Virus record (IMG/VR): IMGVR_UViG_3300032286_001748
Origin: an uncultured virus (IMG/VR IMGVR_UViG_3300032286_001748)
Taxonomy: Duplodnaviria > Heunggongvirae > Uroviricota > Caudoviricetes
Reading direction: 5' to 3' (one strand)
Length of the DNA stretch: 64,000 bases
Position numbers and translations under genes: made by a program. The notes beneath the pieces are model-generated. The model was not told where the DNA came from and did no database searches. It saw nothing but the letters and a program-made list of their open reading frames with translations. Numbering within the stretch: the first letter of the stretch is position 1; each line of letters starts with the position of its first letter. Below are positions 61,635 to 64,000 of this stretch, piece after piece.

Positions 61635-62377
61635 GCGACCCCCGGAGCAGCGTCCAGCGAGGCGATGGCGGTCGCACCGGGTGCGGTGGCGATGGCGGGG
61701 GCCTTCACGGTCGAACCCGCCTCGTAGCCCGCAAGCACGCGCCGCGCGAGATCTCCGGTCCCCCAGGGACTGGCCGCGAGCGCCTGCGCCATCGCACGGG
61801 AGGACGTGCCGGCGCGGAGGGCCGCCACAAGGTTCGCGTAGCGCCCGTTCAGGATCGTCTTGACCGTCGCGTTCACGCCGGTCTGTGGATCGGGGTAGTT
61901 CTGCACGCCCACGCGGTTGTAGGCGGACGATCCCGTCATCCGCTGGGTCGTGTTGAACGGGTTGTAGCGCGCGGTCCCGCCCTCGGCCTGCCGCCAGGCG
62001 TAGAGGAACTGGAGCACGGCCGGGGTGGGGGCGGCTCCGATCCCGCGGAGGAGGGCGCGGTAGAAGGGGTCGTCCGCGCGGCCGGCGCGCACGGGGGCCG
62101 GCTCTGGGGCGGGAGCCGCCTCCGGCGGGGCCTCCGGAGCGGAGATCGCCTCGGGCGGTGCGGGGGGCGGGGTGTCCGTGCGCGGCGGGGCCACGGCGGC
62201 CTGCGCGCGCTTCGGCCAGAGGACGGCCGCGGTAGCGGCGGCGGTCACGAGCAGCACAAAACCGAGGCGCTGGCCGCTCGACGCGCTCCCCGTGGCGCCC
62301 GGCCGCGCCGGTCGGCCGCGCAGCTCGGACGCGACCGCGAGCGAGCCGAGGGCCGCGATGGGGAGGAGAGCGCTCAT
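61631..62377 (-). CDS. membrane-anchored lysozyme-like protein
   Basis: Two hydrophobic segments, Pro linker, AWRQAEGG..YNPFNT..GVQNY..GVNAT..Y. Confidence 0.65.
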   Translation of the reverse strand: MSALLPIAALGSLAVASELRGRPARPGATGSASSGQRLGFVLLVTAAATAAVLWPKRAQAAVAPPRTDTPPPAPPEAISAPEAPPEAAPAPEPAPVRAGRADDPFYRALLRGIGAAPTPAVLQFLYAWRQAEGGTARYNPFNTTQRMTGSSAYNRVGVQNYPDPQTGVNATVKTILNGRYANLVAALRAGTSSRAMAQALAASPWGTGDLARRVLAGYEAGSTVKAPAIATAPGATAIASLDAAPGVA

Positions 62378-62607
62378 CCGGGGATCGGAAGGCGGGGGTA
62401 GCGCGGGCGACGGACGGGCGTGGGTGCGCGCGGCGTCTGGGCGTCCACATAGAACGCGCCCGCCAGGACCGCGACGATGGAGCCCACGAGGACGTAGCCT
62501 AGAACCGGGATACGGGAGGGTGCGGGATCTTCCCCGACCGTCGCACGCCGGGTCGGGTCGGCGGTGACCGCCGTCAGCACGTCGAGGTCAAGGCGGGTGT
62601 CATTCAT
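62374..62607 (-). CDS. small TM protein
   Basis: VLGYVLVGSIVAVLAGAFYV. Confidence 0.6.
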   Translation of the reverse strand: MNDTRLDLDVLTAVTADPTRRATVGEDPAPSRIPVLGYVLVGSIVAVLAGAFYVDAQTPRAPTPVRRPRYPRLPIPG

Positions 62608-63488
62608 CGGGCACCGGGGGTGGCTCGGATCTCCGTGGCCACCGCGGACGCGGTGACCCCGTCGTACCAGCGGTCGTGGAGGGGGAAATGGGGAAGCGCG
62701 CGGGAGAGGGCCGCCCCGCTCCGATAGCCCGCGCGCACGGCCACGTCACGGACCCACGCCGGGAAGGGCGTCCGCCCGGCGCGGGCCGCGCCCCGGAGCG
62801 CCTGTCGCGCCACCCGTTTCTGCGGGGAGGGGGTCCGTTTGTTGAAGCTCCCCTCGTCCTCGTAGTCGAGGAGCACGAAGCGCCCGTCGTACCGGCCCCA
62901 GTTCTGGGCCCCGTACACGTCCCGCGTCAAGGCGCCCGGCGCCTGCCGCTGGCCCAAGTCCAGCCAGCGTTCCTGCGCGTCCCGCAGGGCCTCTTTGTCG
63001 GCGGCGGAGAGGCGGGCCTCCTCACGACTGTCGCGCGCGACCGGCTCCACCTCGGGGAACACGATCACCCCGGGCGGATAAACGAAGTCGAGCGGGGGCA
63101 GCATCATCCTTCGCACGTCGTCGTCGGCCTCCGACCAAGCGTTGTACTCGCTCTCGCTCCGCAGCGTGCCGTCGTAGCGCCACGGGAGCTTCGCCACGAC
63201 GCCGGGGGCGACGAGGACAGCGACCCGGCTGTAGCCGAAGCCCAGCACCGGAACCCCGAGGGCCTCTTCCAGATCGGCGTGCGAGAAGCTGTAGACGTTG
63301 GGATCGAACTCGACCTCGGTGGGGTCGTCCCCTGCGGCCTCGATCACGTTGCGCGTCCATAGCCTGAGCCGACCGGCGAGGTCGCGCACCCGGGCACGGT
63401 CGAGCGCCTGCGCGCTCCCCAGCCGCTTCCGGACGGTGGAGGCGAGGACGAACCCGCTGAGGATGCCGAAGGTGAGGGGAAGGCTCAT
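62604..63488 (-). CDS. tagged kinase-like protein
   Basis: Tag MSLPLTFGILSGFVLASTVRKRLGSA; LGFGYSRVA..VAKL..DVYGAQNWG..VLLDYE. Confidence 0.75.
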   Translation of the reverse strand: MSLPLTFGILSGFVLASTVRKRLGSAQALDRARVRDLAGRLRLWTRNVIEAAGDDPTEVEFDPNVYSFSHADLEEALGVPVLGFGYSRVAVLVAPGVVAKLPWRYDGTLRSESEYNAWSEADDDVRRMMLPPLDFVYPPGVIVFPEVEPVARDSREEARLSAADKEALRDAQERWLDLGQRQAPGALTRDVYGAQNWGRYDGRFVLLDYEDEGSFNKRTPSPQKRVARQALRGAARAGRTPFPAWVRDVAVRAGYRSGAALSRALPHFPLHDRWYDGVTASAVATEIRATPGAR

Positions 63489-64000
63489 GCGGAGGTCCTG
63501 GAGCGCCAGCTCCACCATCCGATCCCCCCAAGCAACGCGGCGCCCACGATCATCGGGGCCCACGGAAGAGGAGCAGGGAGCGGAGGCGCGGCGGGGGTGG
63601 GATCGAGGTAGGGCTGGGGGATGGCGATCTGCCCCCGCTTCGGGCGGAACAGGCGGCGCAGCCACGGGAGCGGGCCCGAGAGCCGCCGGACGACCGCCGG
63701 GTTGGCGCGCCGCTTCCGGGGCGCGTCGGCCCCGAAGCGCTTCGTGAGCTTCGCGCCCGCCTCATAGGTCGCCGCTCCCTTCGCGGGGAGCGCCGTCTGC
63801 GCGTAGGCGGACAGGTCGAGATCTTGCTTCCGGCCCAGCGTCTTGCTGGCTTCGATCTGCGCCTTCACGCTCGTACTGGCCGGCGCGAACTGCGTGGAGA
63901 GGCCCGCGGACGCCGCGAGGCGCGCGTTCTGGGGGAGGTAGGTCGTGTAGCGGACGCCGCCCGAAGCGTACAGCGGGCCCCCCTTCTTGTACGCGGCGGC
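63485..64000 (-). CDS. C-terminally anchored protein, start beyond window
   Basis: Frame open to 64000; ends PMIVGAALLGGIGWWSWRSR. Confidence 0.6.
   Translation of the reverse strand, partial: AAAYKKGGPLYASGGVRYTTYLPQNARLAASAGLSTQFAPASTSVKAQIEASKTLGRKQDLDLSAYAQTALPAKGAATYEAGAKLTKRFGADAPRKRRANPAVVRRLSGPLPWLRRLFRPKRGQIAIPQPYLDPTPAAPPLPAPLPWAPMIVGAALLGGIGWWSWRSRTSA

Noticed and set aside
1..64000. tRNA, rRNA, capsid, terminase, integrase
   Set aside because: None recognised by eye; tRNAscan-SE and HMM searches would be needed to exclude them

Overview
A very GC-rich (~70% by eye), gene-dense window that reads as part of a large bacteriophage or phage-like element. It has short ATGA/GTGA-coupled ORFs, a lysis cassette (holin-like genes plus an M15A endolysin), dNMP kinase, RdgC pair, a sigma-70-like factor, SSB, a divergent RecA, a ComM-like ATPase, AlkB, a PAPS-reductase-family protein, a Tad1-like anti-defence protein next to MazG, and tail-fibre-like genes. 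No capsid, terminase, integrase, rRNA, tRNA or CRISPR was recognised. The split RdgC pair weakly suggests a Myxococcota/deltaproteobacterial host. The main signal is a ~26 kb minus-strand array (about 13-39.5 kb, with more members at 60.9-63.5 kb) of over 20 genes sharing one N-terminal tag, e.g. MNGRDLTLGLVGALAVGAALGRR-GSRA: a Gly/Ala-rich hydrophobic helix, basic residues, then GS(A/R)(A/S). The tag is fused to shuffled enzymatic payloads: minimal kinases, GNATs, ART-like, ParB-like, Cys-His-Asp hydrolases, JAB/RadC, Nudix, PRTase and methyltransferase. The GS motif recurs at internal domain junctions, and there are DNA scars of payload swapping. I interpret this, by inference only, as a membrane-anchor/packaging-tag-addressed arsenal of phage effectors. 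All domain calls come from motif recognition by eye; no database search was run. Start codons were re-picked by eye from gene overlaps and RBS.
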